38,801 nt of DNA from an uncultured archaeon (GTDB taxonomy: Archaea; Thermoproteota; Bathyarchaeia; Bathyarchaeales; Bathycorpusculaceae). How positions within the stretch are numbered: the first letter of the stretch is position 1; each line of letters starts with the position of its first letter. The stretch spans positions 1 through 38,801 of the forward strand of contig CAWENF010000011.1 of NCBI GenBank assembly GCA_963810275.1. The letters are read 5' to 3'. Made by a program: the position numbers and the translations under genes. Under the pieces are notes generated by a model, which saw only the letters and a program-made list of their open reading frames with translations, ran no database searches and was not told where the DNA came from. Below, piece by piece: positions 38,735 to 38,801 of this stretch.

Positions 38735-38801
38735 GCCAATGTCACTGTCCATGCATTTAATATCCATGAACCCCCAACCAGCTATAAAAGCCTTATGAAA
38801 A

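Noticed and set aside
1-38801. CRISPR arrays, tRNA/rRNA genes, IS elements or integrases
   Set aside because: No regularly spaced repeats, cloverleaf/T-loop signatures or transposase/recombinase motifs seen by eye

Overview
Archaeal chromosomal window. Gene content points to a Bathyarchaeia/TACK-like anaerobe (inference from dph5, aIF-1A, aIF-2alpha, Rio2, Sm protein, CTP-dependent RibK, Mch, a PAS kinase and frequent TTG/GTG starts). About 43 protein genes, mostly housekeeping: rps12/rps7, a DRG-type GTPase, cbiB/cobD, dph5-DUF357-ribL-rhomboid, ribK, htpX, mch, pheS/pheT, dcd, pyrI, rio2 and an Sm protein. I saw no rRNA, tRNA, CRISPR array or transposase. The most notable part is 20.5-28.3 kb. 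A CitG/MdcB-type triphosphoribosyl-dephospho-CoA synthase is divergently coupled to three paralogous, uncharacterised Pol-beta-fold nucleotidyltransferases. Next comes a co-oriented module (aIF-1A, an unannotated LysW-like zinc-ribbon protein with no ATG/GTG/TTG start, a Mrr/Rpb5-N-like protein, aIF-2alpha, a CxxC-x17-CxxC protein), then mch. Several apparent intergenic gaps are gene relics: an ECF S-component, a histidine-kinase ATPase domain and a Cys-rich microprotein. A RibD-C reductase gene is also frameshifted. All family calls come from motif recognition by eye; no searches were run.
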